Shown here one piece after another: positions 51,328 to 61,873 of a DNA stretch of 64,000 nucleotides. The position numbers and the translations under genes were made by a program. Every line of letters starts with the position of its first letter. Positions within the stretch are counted from its first letter, which is position 1. Origin of the DNA: Gammaproteobacteria bacterium. Its GTDB lineage: Bacteria > Pseudomonadota > Gammaproteobacteria > UBA4575. Under the pieces are notes generated by a model. It was not told where the DNA came from and ran no database searches. It saw nothing but the letters and a program-made list of their open reading frames with translations. Where the stretch lies: NCBI GenBank assembly GCA_013001685.1, contig JABDMD010000005.1, positions 9,772 to 73,771 on the forward strand. Direction: 5' to 3'.

Positions 51328-54207
51328 TTACTGTACAAATGCGGCAACACCAAGTGAATTCATACATTCGAGCAATTCGTCGTCGTCATAAGGTTTAGTG
51401 ATATATGCAGATATTCCGATGCGTTCTGCTTCTTTCACATGTTTATCTGACGATTTTGAAGTAATCATTATAATTGGTATAGATGCCGTTTCATTGTTAG
51501 ACCGTAGATGATTAGAAAGCTCCAAACCATTCATTCTTGGCATTTCTAAATCAGTTAAAACAACACTTGGTGTCTGAAGTTGAATCTGGTTTATAGCCTC
51601 TACTCCGTCTTTTGCTGTAAACACAGCAAAACCAAGATCCTTCATAAATTGCTCGAGAGATTTACGTGTACTTATTGAGTCTTCCACAATTAGAGCAAGT
51701 GGAAGATCCTCTTGTAATTTTTCTAATTTTTCACTTTCAATGTATGTCCTATCAGACATATTTGAATTTTTTAATAACTCAACAATATCAATTACCGTTG
51801 TAACACTGCCATCACCCAGTATTGTTGAACCAAGTAGTCCCAATATTTTTGGAATAAACTTACTTAATGGCTTAGTAACAATATCTCTAGTATCAAATAT
51901 TTCATCTATCGTAACCGCAATTTTTTTATTTAGATCATCATTAATTAGCAATGTTACTTTTTGTTGCTCAAACGAATTATCCGCTGTTTTCGCTAGTAAA
52001 AATTGCAAATCAAATACTGGATATCTACGCTGCATATACTCAAAATACATCTTTCCAGAATCTGAAATAAAATCACCAGCACCAGCATACAAGATTTCAT
52101 CAACCCCTCTGTTTGATAACGCAACAGTAATATCCGCGCATCGCACTATGAGTGCATGCACTGAATTAATAGTAGTGGGTATTATTACTTCAACTCTAAC
52201 ACCATTATCTTTATTGGTATCTATAGCTACAGACCCTTTCATTTCAAGTACTTTTGTATGAACAGCAGCCAATCCAACACCTCGCCCAGACAATTGAGAT
52301 ACTTTGTCCTTAGTTGAAAAACCATGCTCAAGAATAATTTGAATTGCACGGTCATTAGTAAGTTTTTCATCTGCGTGTAAATATTCTTTTGCGATTGCTT
52401 TTGATTTAATAAGATTAAAATCAAGGCCACCACCATCGTCCTGACAAACAACACGAATAAGACCTCCTTCTTTTTTGAAACTGAGTTGTACTCTACCTTC
52501 AGAACTCTTTTTAAACTTTAATCTTTGCTCAGGCGTTTCTATCCCATGATCAACCGCATTCCGAATTATGTGCATTAATGGATCAACGAGCTGATGAATA
52601 AATTCACTATCAATAAGAGTATCTTCACCTGAAATTTCTAAACTAACGCGCTTGCCTGATTGCTTGCACGCCTGCCTTAGTGCACGTCTTAATCGCGGCA
52701 CAATACTCTGCACTGGTATCATACGAATTCGTGAAACTGCAGTTTGATTTTCATGCAAATTTCGTAATTGACTTAAGGACAACCTTTCAAGCTTGAATAG
52801 TGATTCTTCAATTTCACTTGAATATTCAACCGAATCATCTGAGCTTTCCATTAATTGATTCGTTAACGTATGCAATTCACTAAACTGCTCCATTTCTAAA
52901 GAATCAAATTCACTATCTTTAGAAATACTTTGCATAGAAAATGAAAAACCACGTACTCCAATCAAGCTTTCCAATTCTTGAGAAAGCATTTTAATTTTTT
53001 TGTTACTTGAACTTAAGTGCTGAATAGATGATTGAAGATTAAAAACTAACTCTTTAATTTGCTCATTAGATATGATGTTTTCACCTGCGCGCTTTAATAA
53101 GTCATCTGCCAAACTAACTGGAATTCGCAGAAATGGGTCTGCTGTAGTTTCTGCATGCCTTATATTAAGATCTTTTTTCTGGCTAGACAGAACTTGCTTT
53201 GATATATCATGTGAGCTTGGAGTGATTTTATTTTCTTTACTCTCGAGTTGTCTAATTACGCCAGAGCTGTCTATCTTATTAGCCCAATCTAAAATTTCCT
53301 GGAGTATTAATTCAGATTGCTCAGGATATGGCCCAAGATCTTCTAAATATTCTGACATTTCCTCTAAACAATCTGCAGCATTTTGAATTGCACTATGGAG
53401 TGATTCTGATGGTTTCGTCTTAGCTTTTAATAATGCCGCAAATATGTCCTCAAGGTGGTGCGTCAGACTTACAATCCCTTGAATCCCTACAGTATTTCCA
53501 GCACCTTTAAGCGTGTGTGTAGTACGGCCAGCAATCTCAAGCTGCTTAAGAAAATCATCACTTTGTAAACTTTGTACTGCTCTTGATAATTCTTCTGTCT
53601 GCCTAGGTAAATCAAGCATTAAGCTATTAAATAAATCCGAATTAATTTCTTCAGATATTTTAAGACTTACAAGCTCTGGAGTAGCTTTACTTATATGCTC
53701 TGGTGTTTCGCCATGATCAATTTCAATTTTAGAAATTAGAAATAATGACTCTAGTTTATCTAGTTCATGCTTATCTAATCTGACAGGCCAATAATTCTGA
53801 TCAAGATAGTCTAAAATGGATTGTATACACTCAGAATTGTATGGTGCCAATAAATAAGTATGAATAACATCAGGCCAATACAGTATTTTTGACCGTAATG
53901 AAATAAAATCTTTGAGTTGATTTTCCTGAATATGTTGAAGATTTTTTCGTATACTTAAACAAAAATAATGCAGCCCTCGCAATCCAATCATTTCTGCTGC
54001 AGACCCAATCCTACTGGTATGAAAAATCTGTAAGTCTATAATATCTTCTAATTGTTTATCATCCATCCCTCGCTTATCAAGCTCAGAGAACAACTCTGCT
54101 TGCAGTTCGAGTAAATCAGAAACTTCGCTTTTAATTAAATCAATTAACTCTTGTTGCTCGCTCGTGAGCTCACTCAATGACGGATTCATATCAGTATTTA
54201 TTTGCAT
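51328..54207 (-). CDS. ChpA-like hybrid CheA histidine kinase (Hpt - dimerisation/HATPase - CheW-like - C-terminal receiver)
   Basis: Hpt motif HTLKGAGNTVG, HATPase (DDGGGLD, GRGVGL), a CheW-like domain and a C-terminal REC (LIVEDSISTRK...DLEMPRMNG...KP). Confidence 0.85.
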   Translation of the reverse strand: MQINTDMNPSLSELTSEQQELIDLIKSEVSDLLELQAELFSELDKRGMDDKQLEDIIDLQIFHTSRIGSAAEMIGLRGLHYFCLSIRKNLQHIQENQLKDFISLRSKILYWPDVIHTYLLAPYNSECIQSILDYLDQNYWPVRLDKHELDKLESLFLISKIEIDHGETPEHISKATPELVSLKISEEINSDLFNSLMLDLPRQTEELSRAVQSLQSDDFLKQLEIAGRTTHTLKGAGNTVGIQGIVSLTHHLEDIFAALLKAKTKPSESLHSAIQNAADCLEEMSEYLEDLGPYPEQSELILQEILDWANKIDSSGVIRQLESKENKITPSSHDISKQVLSSQKKDLNIRHAETTADPFLRIPVSLADDLLKRAGENIISNEQIKELVFNLQSSIQHLSSSNKKIKMLSQELESLIGVRGFSFSMQSISKDSEFDSLEMEQFSELHTLTNQLMESSDDSVEYSSEIEESLFKLERLSLSQLRNLHENQTAVSRIRMIPVQSIVPRLRRALRQACKQSGKRVSLEISGEDTLIDSEFIHQLVDPLMHIIRNAVDHGIETPEQRLKFKKSSEGRVQLSFKKEGGLIRVVCQDDGGGLDFNLIKSKAIAKEYLHADEKLTNDRAIQIILEHGFSTKDKVSQLSGRGVGLAAVHTKVLEMKGSVAIDTNKDNGVRVEVIIPTTINSVHALIVRCADITVALSNRGVDEILYAGAGDFISDSGKMYFEYMQRRYPVFDLQFLLAKTADNSFEQQKVTLLINDDLNKKIAVTIDEIFDTRDIVTKPLSKFIPKILGLLGSTILGDGSVTTVIDIVELLKNSNMSDRTYIESEKLEKLQEDLPLALIVEDSISTRKSLEQFMKDLGFAVFTAKDGVEAINQIQLQTPSVVLTDLEMPRMNGLELSNHLRSNNETASIPIIMITSKSSDKHVKEAERIGISAYITKPYDDDELLECMNSLGVAAFVQ

Positions 54208-54254
54208 TAAATAGGCTACATATTCGCATTGAAATATATATCCATATGAATAAT

Positions 54255-56552
54255 CTATGCGCTCTCTAGCTCCGCGAGTTTGTCACGAATTACAGTGCTT
54301 TTACTGCTAATTTTAGAAGTAGTAAGACCCTTAACACCTTTGTTCTCATCCAATTGTGATTTAGTTTGTTTTTGCTGCTCCTGCTGAATCGCAGGGAGCT
54401 TAAAGATACCAACAGTTGTCAGTAACATATTTGAGTACCTAACTAAGTTGTTGGCATTTGTCATTTGCTGATGCAAATGCTCATCTGTTTTTCGTGTACT
54501 CTCTACAATCTCGTTAGATTTTTCTACTAACTGCAAATTTTCTTGTGCTTGTGCTTTTGAACTCTCAGTAATTTGAATTACAGCCTTAACAAGATCCTCA
54601 GTGGACTCTTTTGTTTGTTTCATGGCGTCACCGGCTTGTTCAGCGAGCGTAGTGCCTTCTGCCACTTGACTAATGACAGTATTCATTGCAGTTGCTGTGT
54701 CTTTTGTTTCGATACGAATATTACTAACTAATGAGTCTATTTCTGTTGTTGCTTCTCGCGCACTCTCAGCTAAGCGCTGAACTTCATCAGCAACTACTGC
54801 AAATCCACGACCAGCCTCACCTGCTGAAGCAGCATGCATACTGGCGTTCAACGCCAATATATGCGTACGCTCTGCAATACTATTAATTAAATTAACCACA
54901 CCCGTGATCTCTTGTGACCGCTCACCCAATCTTTTAATACGCTTCTCGGTTTCTTTAATAGTATCGCGAATGCTATTAATTCCTTCTACAGAGCGGTTAA
55001 CAGTATCCAATGCTGTTTGTGTGTTATTCAGGGCATTATCTGCGCGTTTATTAGCATCTATCGCATCCCATGAAATTTTACTCATTGCTTCGGAAGATTC
55101 TTTAAGCTCTTGCATAATATTTTCTGCTTGATGCCGTTCTTTTTCCGCAACAGCCATTACAAACTTAGATTGACGCTGTACGCGATTAGATTCAACCACT
55201 ACCCGTACTGAAATTTCTTTTACATCACTTAAAGCAGTAGCTGTTTCTTTAGTTAGCAGATTTAATGAGTCCCCTAATGCACCTGTTACATCCTCAAAAA
55301 TTGGAGCTTTAATCGTAAAGTCTTTTTTACTTAACTGAGCTACAGAATTCAGTAAAGATATTACTGAATCATTCAACTGCTCATTATTTTTTTCTGTAAC
55401 TGAAAGTTGTGTTACTTTTTCATCTAGCAGTTTATCGAATGCGCTCGATAACTCGCCCAACTCATCTTTTCGATTTAATTCTGTTCTTACTTCCAAGTTA
55501 CCTTCGTTTACATCATGAATTGCGTTTACAAGTGAATTAATAGGTTTTGTTATGGTATAACCAAACAAATACAACAAAAATGAAATCAGACCTGCTATCG
55601 CTATTAAGGATAAAAGCACAACCCAGGTAACTGCGTTAGTTGTTTTTTCTTGTGTAGATTGATTTTGCAAAATGCTCAATACTGAAGACTGCCCCATCTC
55701 ATCAAACATCGGGCCAAGCATGAAATCATACAATTCCGTGTATTCATTTGCATTGCGCTTATTATCAACAATATCATCGATTGTGCTAATATAATTAGCC
55801 ATATAGTTTTCTATGATTGGCTTATCATTATCAGATATGAAATCAGAGCCACTTAATATTGCATCAAATTTTTGATATTGATGTTTTAAATCTTCAAATG
55901 ATTCAGTCAAATCTATTGATTGCAATATATGTTTTTCATGGGCTCTAATTTTTGCAAGTACTGTAAATAAATTTGAGTTAGTCGCATTCCCTATTCCACT
56001 TTCAATATGTCCAAGAAGTAAGTTAGCTTTTTGACGCAACCCTTCAGCATCAGTAAAACCTACCAATTTATTAAACTTCACAATATCTGAAAAGGATGCT
56101 TTGTAATCATTTACTACAGCAGAGGCCTGAGCTACCAATTGTGATGAGTACTCAATGGGTAAAGCGACATCACCAATAACTATTTCGTCAGCTGCAATTG
56201 AATCAATCTCAACACTCAAAGCGCGAAGTTGCTCCATATTTTCTTCTAGTAACTGCACATGCTTTGAATGCTCATCAAGAGGAGCATTGTTGTAGGTCTG
56301 GCCAGTAGATGCAGAAATACTTAATAGAAAATCTTTCTCATACCGCCTTACTTTGAAGTAGTTTTTTTGTGCATCACTTACTAGTTGTCCGTATTTGATA
56401 AATAAATTAGATCTCTCAGTTGCCTCACGCTCATTTTTAATTACAAACCAATACGTCAAGGCAATTGCAATAAAACCTAAAGTAACGGCTATAAATAGAA
56501 TAGCAAGTTTATTTGTAATCTTAATGTCTAATAACTTATTCAAATAAGCCAT
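54255..56552 (-). CDS. Methyl-accepting chemotaxis protein with a large periplasmic sensor domain
   Basis: Two TM segments flank a periplasmic domain of about 280 aa. HAMP region. Highly conserved MCP signalling domain (ILALNASMHAASAGEAGRGFAVVADEVQRLAE). Confidence 0.85.
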   Translation of the reverse strand: MAYLNKLLDIKITNKLAILFIAVTLGFIAIALTYWFVIKNEREATERSNLFIKYGQLVSDAQKNYFKVRRYEKDFLLSISASTGQTYNNAPLDEHSKHVQLLEENMEQLRALSVEIDSIAADEIVIGDVALPIEYSSQLVAQASAVVNDYKASFSDIVKFNKLVGFTDAEGLRQKANLLLGHIESGIGNATNSNLFTVLAKIRAHEKHILQSIDLTESFEDLKHQYQKFDAILSGSDFISDNDKPIIENYMANYISTIDDIVDNKRNANEYTELYDFMLGPMFDEMGQSSVLSILQNQSTQEKTTNAVTWVVLLSLIAIAGLISFLLYLFGYTITKPINSLVNAIHDVNEGNLEVRTELNRKDELGELSSAFDKLLDEKVTQLSVTEKNNEQLNDSVISLLNSVAQLSKKDFTIKAPIFEDVTGALGDSLNLLTKETATALSDVKEISVRVVVESNRVQRQSKFVMAVAEKERHQAENIMQELKESSEAMSKISWDAIDANKRADNALNNTQTALDTVNRSVEGINSIRDTIKETEKRIKRLGERSQEITGVVNLINSIAERTHILALNASMHAASAGEAGRGFAVVADEVQRLAESAREATTEIDSLVSNIRIETKDTATAMNTVISQVAEGTTLAEQAGDAMKQTKESTEDLVKAVIQITESSKAQAQENLQLVEKSNEIVESTRKTDEHLHQQMTNANNLVRYSNMLLTTVGIFKLPAIQQEQQKQTKSQLDENKGVKGLTTSKISSKSTVIRDKLAELESA

Positions 56553-56587
56553 ATTTTTTTCCTTATTAAATTAGTTCAGCTGTTTAA

Positions 56588-57172
56588 CTAATTTGTAAAT
56601 GATTCAATAAAAAAAGGGAAATCAATGCACACCCATATTTTTCCGCCTTTCTTATATGCATGAGTAACAAAAGGTTGTACTATTTTTGGTAGCTTGGAGA
56701 AATTTTTTAAACGCTCTTTTTTCTTAAAATTAATAGGTGAAGGTAACTTAGTAAGTTGTATTCCTATAGCATTTTCATCTTTATCTAAAACTAGCGTTTT
56801 ATATTTACCTGCTTCAATTACGCTTTTTTCACCACTAATTATTTGCTCAAAATCAATCACAGGCACAATATCGCCACGGTGGTTACAGGCCCCAAGTAAC
56901 CAATTTGGTGAAAGTGGAATAGGATAAATGAGGTTGTCTTCAAGGATTTCGGAAGATAGCGATGCAGATAACAGCATATTTAAATTTCCAATAATAAATC
57001 CAAAATAACGTTCATCCGTAGAACTTTTATTTGTATCTGGAGTAAACTGATATTCTGCTTCGAGCTTCTTGATTAATTCTGCATGCTTTTCTAGCCAGCC
57101 AGTACGGGCACTTTTACTGTCAACTTCAGATGCAATCGACAAAACTGACAGGTCATCAGACTCTTTCATCAT
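56588..57172 (-). CDS. CheW-like coupling protein
   Basis: CheW domain with an N-terminal extension. Overlaps the upstream cheY-like gene by 4 bp. Confidence 0.75.
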   Translation of the reverse strand: MMKESDDLSVLSIASEVDSKSARTGWLEKHAELIKKLEAEYQFTPDTNKSSTDERYFGFIIGNLNMLLSASLSSEILEDNLIYPIPLSPNWLLGACNHRGDIVPVIDFEQIISGEKSVIEAGKYKTLVLDKDENAIGIQLTKLPSPINFKKKERLKNFSKLPKIVQPFVTHAYKKGGKIWVCIDFPFFIESFTN

Positions 57173-57531
57173 ATATATTTGTTTATTTCTGCAACAATTT
57201 GATCTGATGTGAAAGGTTTAGCAATTAATGCCTTACCACCTTGTAGCTCTGCCCAAACATAATCTGCTTTTTGATTTTTCGTTGTTACAAAAATAATAGG
57301 AATATTTTTTGTTTTTTTATCTGCAATAATTTCGCGACACGCCTGATAACCATCTTTTTTATCCATAATTATATCCATAAAAATTAAATCTGGACGCATA
57401 CTGTTAGCTTTTTCTATAGCCTCCTCGCCAGAAATAGCTGTTATTGCCTGATAACCTGCATCTAAAACAATCGTTTTTAGCTTTTCTAGATCTGGTTTAG
57501 AATCATCAACAATTAGAATTTTATTGTTCAT
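57169..57531 (-). CDS. CheY-like response regulator (PilG/PilH class)
   Basis: ILIVDDSKPD...DLIFMDIIMDKKDGYQ...VTTKNQKADYVWAELQGGKALIAKP, the same class as the pilH homologue at 1079-1444. Confidence 0.85.
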   Translation of the reverse strand: MNNKILIVDDSKPDLEKLKTIVLDAGYQAITAISGEEAIEKANSMRPDLIFMDIIMDKKDGYQACREIIADKKTKNIPIIFVTTKNQKADYVWAELQGGKALIAKPFTSDQIVAEINKYI

Positions 57532-58206
57532 GGCATTTACAAACCTGAGTAAAAAATTTTAAACATATCGAGAATATCAAGTTACTCATTGACCTTGTCA
57601 TAATGACTAATTTTTATGTATAACGATCTTCCTTGGTCGCATATTTACTAAGATAATTTACGGTTACATTAAATTATGTTCCGCAATGTCTAATTTATAA
57701 TTGGTCGAACAATTTCTTTCGCTTATAACCTATCAAGCAAAAACTGTTCAAATTACGCATTTTTTTATTTTGTATGAGTTATGGGATACGCGCAGATTAG
57801 TACATACAGAGGAGACTTTGACGGTATTCACATTTTTTGTCAATAATAGTGCGGTTAATTCCAGCGGAATAACAAAATTTACATCCAGCATTTAAGACAA
57901 AGTTTGAATATCTAAAATAAGTATCTGCACCCAACAAATTACACTTATAGAAATTGCTAATAGACTTGTTTTAAATTTTTGATTTACATGCAAACCACAG
58001 GGACAACTAAACAGTACATTACAATGAAAAGTTAATTTATTGTCTAAGATATATATTTAACTGTATACAAATAAGGGCACATAAGGATGATCTTGAAGCT
58101 AATACATTCCTGAATCTTGCTGGCTATGTTTCATTCCATTCTAAATAGAATAAAACTTGGATTACGAACGCTCCAAGTTACCCTCAATCAGTTTATTTTA
58201 AATGAC

Positions 58207-58578
58207 TCACTTATATGTTCTTTTATTAGGAATCACATTTCTAACACCACCTTTGGGATCAGCAACATCTCCCGCATATCTAGGAATTAAATGAATGTGT
58301 GTGTGGGGCACTGATTGGCCAGCAACTTTGCTTACATTAATTCCAATATTATAAGAATCTGGCTTATGCTCATTATCAACCATTTGCTTGGCACGATGCA
58401 CGTTATCCCATAACTCTGCTATTTCTTCCTGAGTGCAATCAAAATAGTTCGGAACGTGCCTATTAGGAATGATGAGTAGGTGGCCGGGAGATGCTGGATA
58501 CTTATCTTGACTTATGAAAGTCAGCTCACCCTGATAGACAAGATCTACTCTTCTACAAAAAAGACAATCGGAAGACAT
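58207..58578 (-). CDS. HIT family hydrolase
   Basis: HIT motif HTHIHLIP. The start is at the internal Met MSSDCLFCRRV. The upstream 78 codons of the track ORF run through intergenic and repeat sequence. Confidence 0.7.
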   Translation of the reverse strand: MSSDCLFCRRVDLVYQGELTFISQDKYPASPGHLLIIPNRHVPNYFDCTQEEIAELWDNVHRAKQMVDNEHKPDSYNIGINVSKVAGQSVPHTHIHLIPRYAGDVADPKGGVRNVIPNKRTYK

Positions 58579-58848
58579 AAAAAGTAATATAAAATTTTTG
58601 AATAGTGGCCAGACGATTAAACTTGCCAGAAGCAAATAAGGACAACCGTAAGCTAGCCTGAAGGGTAAACTACATTGACGTAGTGAGCAATCAAACCGTC
58701 TACACGAGGATATGTATTCCTCGATCCAGTACCTGATAGCATCACTAGTAACTGTGAGTTGCAAATAAGTCGATAGCTTAAATTCTGTTTTCCACCTTAT
58801 TTCCACCAACTATTTGCAAGGTAAGTCATCAATCTTCTAGGCTTCAAA

Positions 58849-58880
58849 TGTCCGCTTTCGGCCAATAGCAGTCATTCATT
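58849..58880. repeat. Palindromic repeat copy B
   Basis: tgtccgctttcggccaatagcagtcattcatt. Begins 24 bp 3' of the ferritin-like gene. Confidence 0.75.
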
Positions 58881-58903
58881 AAGTATTAGATTATCTAAGC
58901 CAA

Positions 58904-59362
58904 TTAGCTTTTATAAGCAGCTATATCGCCAGGCTCACGAATCATTTTGTCTACTTCACTATGGTGCATCTCTTCACTAGCAATCATTTGTCGAGCATAT
59001 TCTTCTAGTACTACAGAGTGACCTTCAACTAAAGTCAATAATTTCTTGTATTTCTCCAATGCTGCACCTTCATGCTCTAACGATTCTCGCATAATATCTT
59101 TAATATCATGTTTATGCGTCTCTAATAATGGGCCGATTGCAAGTGAAGGGTGTTCCCCTAAGTGAGTGATCATTTCACCTGCTTGTCGTGCGTGCATCAA
59201 AGACTCGTCTGCTTGTGCATTCATCCACGAGACTATGGGGATACGGTTATAGCCAAATATCATCAATGCATAGTGGGTATAATGCACCACCCCTGCAAGT
59301 TCCGTCTCAAGAATTTCATTGAGTAGTGCTACTACGGGGGACTTATCAAAGTTCTCTTTCAT
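58904..59362 (-). CDS. Ferritin-like four-helix-bundle protein (bacterioferritin family-like)
   Basis: VVALLNEILETELAGVVHYTHYALM...LMHARQAGEMITHLGE pattern of the Bfr/Dps ferroxidase-centre helices. Confidence 0.55.
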   Translation of the reverse strand: MKENFDKSPVVALLNEILETELAGVVHYTHYALMIFGYNRIPIVSWMNAQADESLMHARQAGEMITHLGEHPSLAIGPLLETHKHDIKDIMRESLEHEGAALEKYKKLLTLVEGHSVVLEEYARQMIASEEMHHSEVDKMIREPGDIAAYKS

Positions 59363-59480
59363 TTTTCGTACTCTCATTTGTTTTGTTTGAGTTATTATAT
59401 TTTACTAAACCAGTCTTGCATAAACTACGCCCTATAATTGTTTAAAAGTTTCTAGCCTTTAAAAATCATCAATGTGGTTA

Positions 59481-59511
59481 TGTCCGCTTTCGGCCAATAG
59501 CGGTCAATCAA
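59481..59511. repeat. Palindromic repeat copy C
   Basis: tgtccgctttcggccaatagcggtcaatcaa. Begins 31 bp 3' of the DUF427 gene. Confidence 0.75.
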
Positions 59512-59541
59512 CATTTGATTATTTAATTTGGCTTAATACGA

Positions 59542-59823
59542 TTATTCAATTACCTCGACACCACGCCAGAAGGCAATATAATTTTCGATATTCTTTGCTT
59601 TGTCTTTTGCTTCTGGGTAATACCAGGCAGCATCTTCGTTTTCTTTTCCGTCTACATTAATCGTGTAGTAGCTCGCTTGCCCTTTCCAATAACATGTAGT
59701 GTGTTTTCTACTTTTTTCCAAAAATTCATAGTTAACCGACTCAGGAGGAAAATAGTAGAAAGTATCAATTACAATCGTCTCATCACTCTCTGCAATGACT
59801 TTATTGTTCCAAATTGCTTTCAT
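59542..59823 (-). CDS. DUF427 domain protein
   Basis: 93 aa (KVIAESDETIVIDTFYYFPPESV...CYWKGQASYY) matches the DUF427 pattern. Confidence 0.65.
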   Translation of the reverse strand: MKAIWNNKVIAESDETIVIDTFYYFPPESVNYEFLEKSRKHTTCYWKGQASYYTINVDGKENEDAAWYYPEAKDKAKNIENYIAFWRGVEVIE

Positions 59824-59848
59824 AATTTATATCTACTAAATTTTATAG

Positions 59849-59876
59849 CTCTCGACCAATAGCGGCCATTCAATAA
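59849..59876. repeat. Palindromic repeat copy D (left arm partly deleted)
   Basis: gctctcgaccaatagcggccattcaata. Confidence 0.55.
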
Positions 59877-59952
59877 AAACAAATTAGACTACTACCGAAG
59901 ATGTAATAAAAGGCAATCTGCTCCACTAGAAGCTTTGTAAAAATTGTCGTTG

Positions 59953-60192
59953 CTAATCTTCTTTTTCTAATTCTTTTCTATATTCTTCTTCTCTCTCTAT
60001 ATCAATTTTTGATTTTACTATGTAAATAACCACTGCTATCCAAGCAATAAACCATAAATAAAATTTCGTTGGATCAACTGTAGGTTTTTTATAATCCAAC
60101 AAAATGAAAATCATGGCAACTGCACTAAATGCTATAAGTGTTACTACATGGATTTTTATTACATAACCGATAATGCTCCATCTAATTTTCAT
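59953..60192 (-). CDS. Small hypothetical membrane protein (79 aa)
   Basis: Two predicted TM helices followed by a charged C-terminus. Confidence 0.3.
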   Translation of the reverse strand: MKIRWSIIGYVIKIHVVTLIAFSAVAMIFILLDYKKPTVDPTKFYLWFIAWIAVVIYIVKSKIDIEREEEYRKELEKED

Positions 60193-60320
60193 TTAGAGAT
60201 TATTCTCATATCTGACGCCTCTATGTGTTAATTGACTACTTCACAATAAAACCAGTGGATTTATCTATAAGCATTTCATCATTTTACTGAACACACTAAT
60301 AGCAGGCTGAAATCATGCGA

Positions 60321-60352
60321 GTGTCCACTTTGGGTCGTAAGCGGTCATTTAT
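60321..60352. repeat. Palindromic repeat copy E
   Basis: gtgtccactttgggtcgtaagcggtcatttat. Overlaps the stop codon of the CBS gene. Confidence 0.65.
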
Positions 60353-60768
60353 TAATTTTTTGGGAATTTTGTTTTTATATATTCACCGAAAAAGCGACAC
60401 GAATCTATAAATGTAAAAACACCGGCCAATTTTTGATGCTTGGTAATCACAGCAGCTCCTATGTGTTTATCTGCCATTGTTAACAAAACATTTTCAAGCG
60501 GTTCATTAATGTCAACAATATACGGTTTAGATATATAAACATGCCGAACCTCGAGGTTTTCATTAGCCCCTCTATCGAGCATTAACTTTTGTATTGCATC
60601 AATATCTTTTTGTGTGATTATTCCAAAAATCTCTTCACCACTCATCACGGGAAGGTGGTGGATATGGTGCTCTTCCATCATTTCTTTTGCTTTAGTTAAT
60701 GATGTTTCCAGTTTTACCGAGTACGGAAACGGAGTCATTGCAGCAGTAAGAGTTGGTATCTTTTTCAT
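60352..60768 (-). CDS. CBS domain pair protein
   Basis: 138 aa with two CBS motifs (HHLPVMSGEEIFGIITQKDI, GAAVITKHQKLAGVFTFIDS). Confidence 0.7.
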   Translation of the reverse strand: MKKIPTLTAAMTPFPYSVKLETSLTKAKEMMEEHHIHHLPVMSGEEIFGIITQKDIDAIQKLMLDRGANENLEVRHVYISKPYIVDINEPLENVLLTMADKHIGAAVITKHQKLAGVFTFIDSCRFFGEYIKTKFPKN

Positions 60769-60844
60769 TTGTTAAACTTTAATTAGTCTGTATTATTCAA
60801 TAAGTTTATATTCAATAATAATAGATTCTTAACTCTATTGTGAA

Positions 60845-60916
60845 TGTCCGCTTTTCGTAAATTAAAAAAAATAATAATTATCTTTAAATATGACCGCTTT
60901 TGGTCGAAAGTGGACA
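60845..60916. repeat. Composite site F: half-site tgtccgcttttcg, a 33-bp A/T-only spacer, then full copy tgaccgcttttggtcgaaagtggaca
   Basis: The half-site and the full palindrome are read directly from the sequence at 60845-60857 and 60891-60916. Confidence 0.6.
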
Positions 60917-61563
60917 TTTGGTTGTAATCACAAATCAAACTATCAGAATGTCTATTGTGAGAAATATTAAACATCATGTAAAGCAAGGCCGACACATTTA
61001 AAGAAATGGACGACCTTACGGTGGGAGGAGTTGGAAGTTGTTTAATGCTTTTATATTAATTAAATATTGCGAGAGATAATTTCCTCTTTTGTCTAGTTTA
61101 TCAAGTGTATGACTTGGTTAATTATGTAAACACTATTAGCATCGCACCAAGTGTTACGGAAATAGCTACAGTTAATATGCCCACCTCTTTCCATAAAGTG
61201 CATTCAAAGCATTGATCTTTGTTCATAGTGTCATTATCCTTTTTAATAGTTAAGTAAATTATAGAGTTCATATATAAATATTATTCATAATTGAAATTCT
61301 AGGTTATAAAATTTATTGGAAGTATATTATGTGCTTCCATGCTACTTATCAATTCGTATTAATTTGAATTATAGTTCGATTTTACCGAGCTTTTGGTTTG
61401 CGCTTTCGTATAAAAAACGAATTATTATCTGATGATAGATATACGGAAATTTCGTTTTGAATATATAGCAAATGAGAATATTTCTTATTTATGTTTAGAG
61501 CATGAAATACAGCACTTTATATTAGAGTATCCAGAATTTGCAGCTAGACGAGGATGATTGGAA

Positions 61564-61596
61564 CGTCCGCTATTGGCGAAAGCAGGCATTCATCAA
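61564..61596. repeat. Palindromic repeat copy G (degenerate)
   Basis: cgtccgctattggcgaaagcaggcattcatcaa. Confidence 0.5.
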
Positions 61597-61873
61597 CCCT
61601 GAGCAAAATCTATGGGATTACTAATTATGTCAAATACAAAAGCATATTATTTCAACTAACAATTCCAAGTTCAGCTTAATTCCTAATGTAATAATCAGTG
61701 AGTTATTTAGTCTATCTATATACTTAAGTGAACAGTTTCTCAGCATCAATTTCGACTTGCCTGTATAAAATAAGATTGAAGCGATAAATTATCTTTAAAC
61801 GCAGCTCATCACACTAGTATCTTAGTGTGGGCAACATCGTCCTAAATAATTCGCGTTGCTAAAGGAGTAGCAC

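Noticed and set aside
58579-58809. N-terminal 78 codons of track ORF 58207-58809
   Set aside because: The translation is Cys/Leu-rich nonsense that runs across intergenic DNA. The HIT domain starts at the internal Met at 58578.
60783-60995. 70-aa reverse-strand ORF
   Set aside because: It reads straight through the half-site plus full-site repeat pair and the A/T spacer, and its composition is low-complexity. It is almost certainly non-coding.
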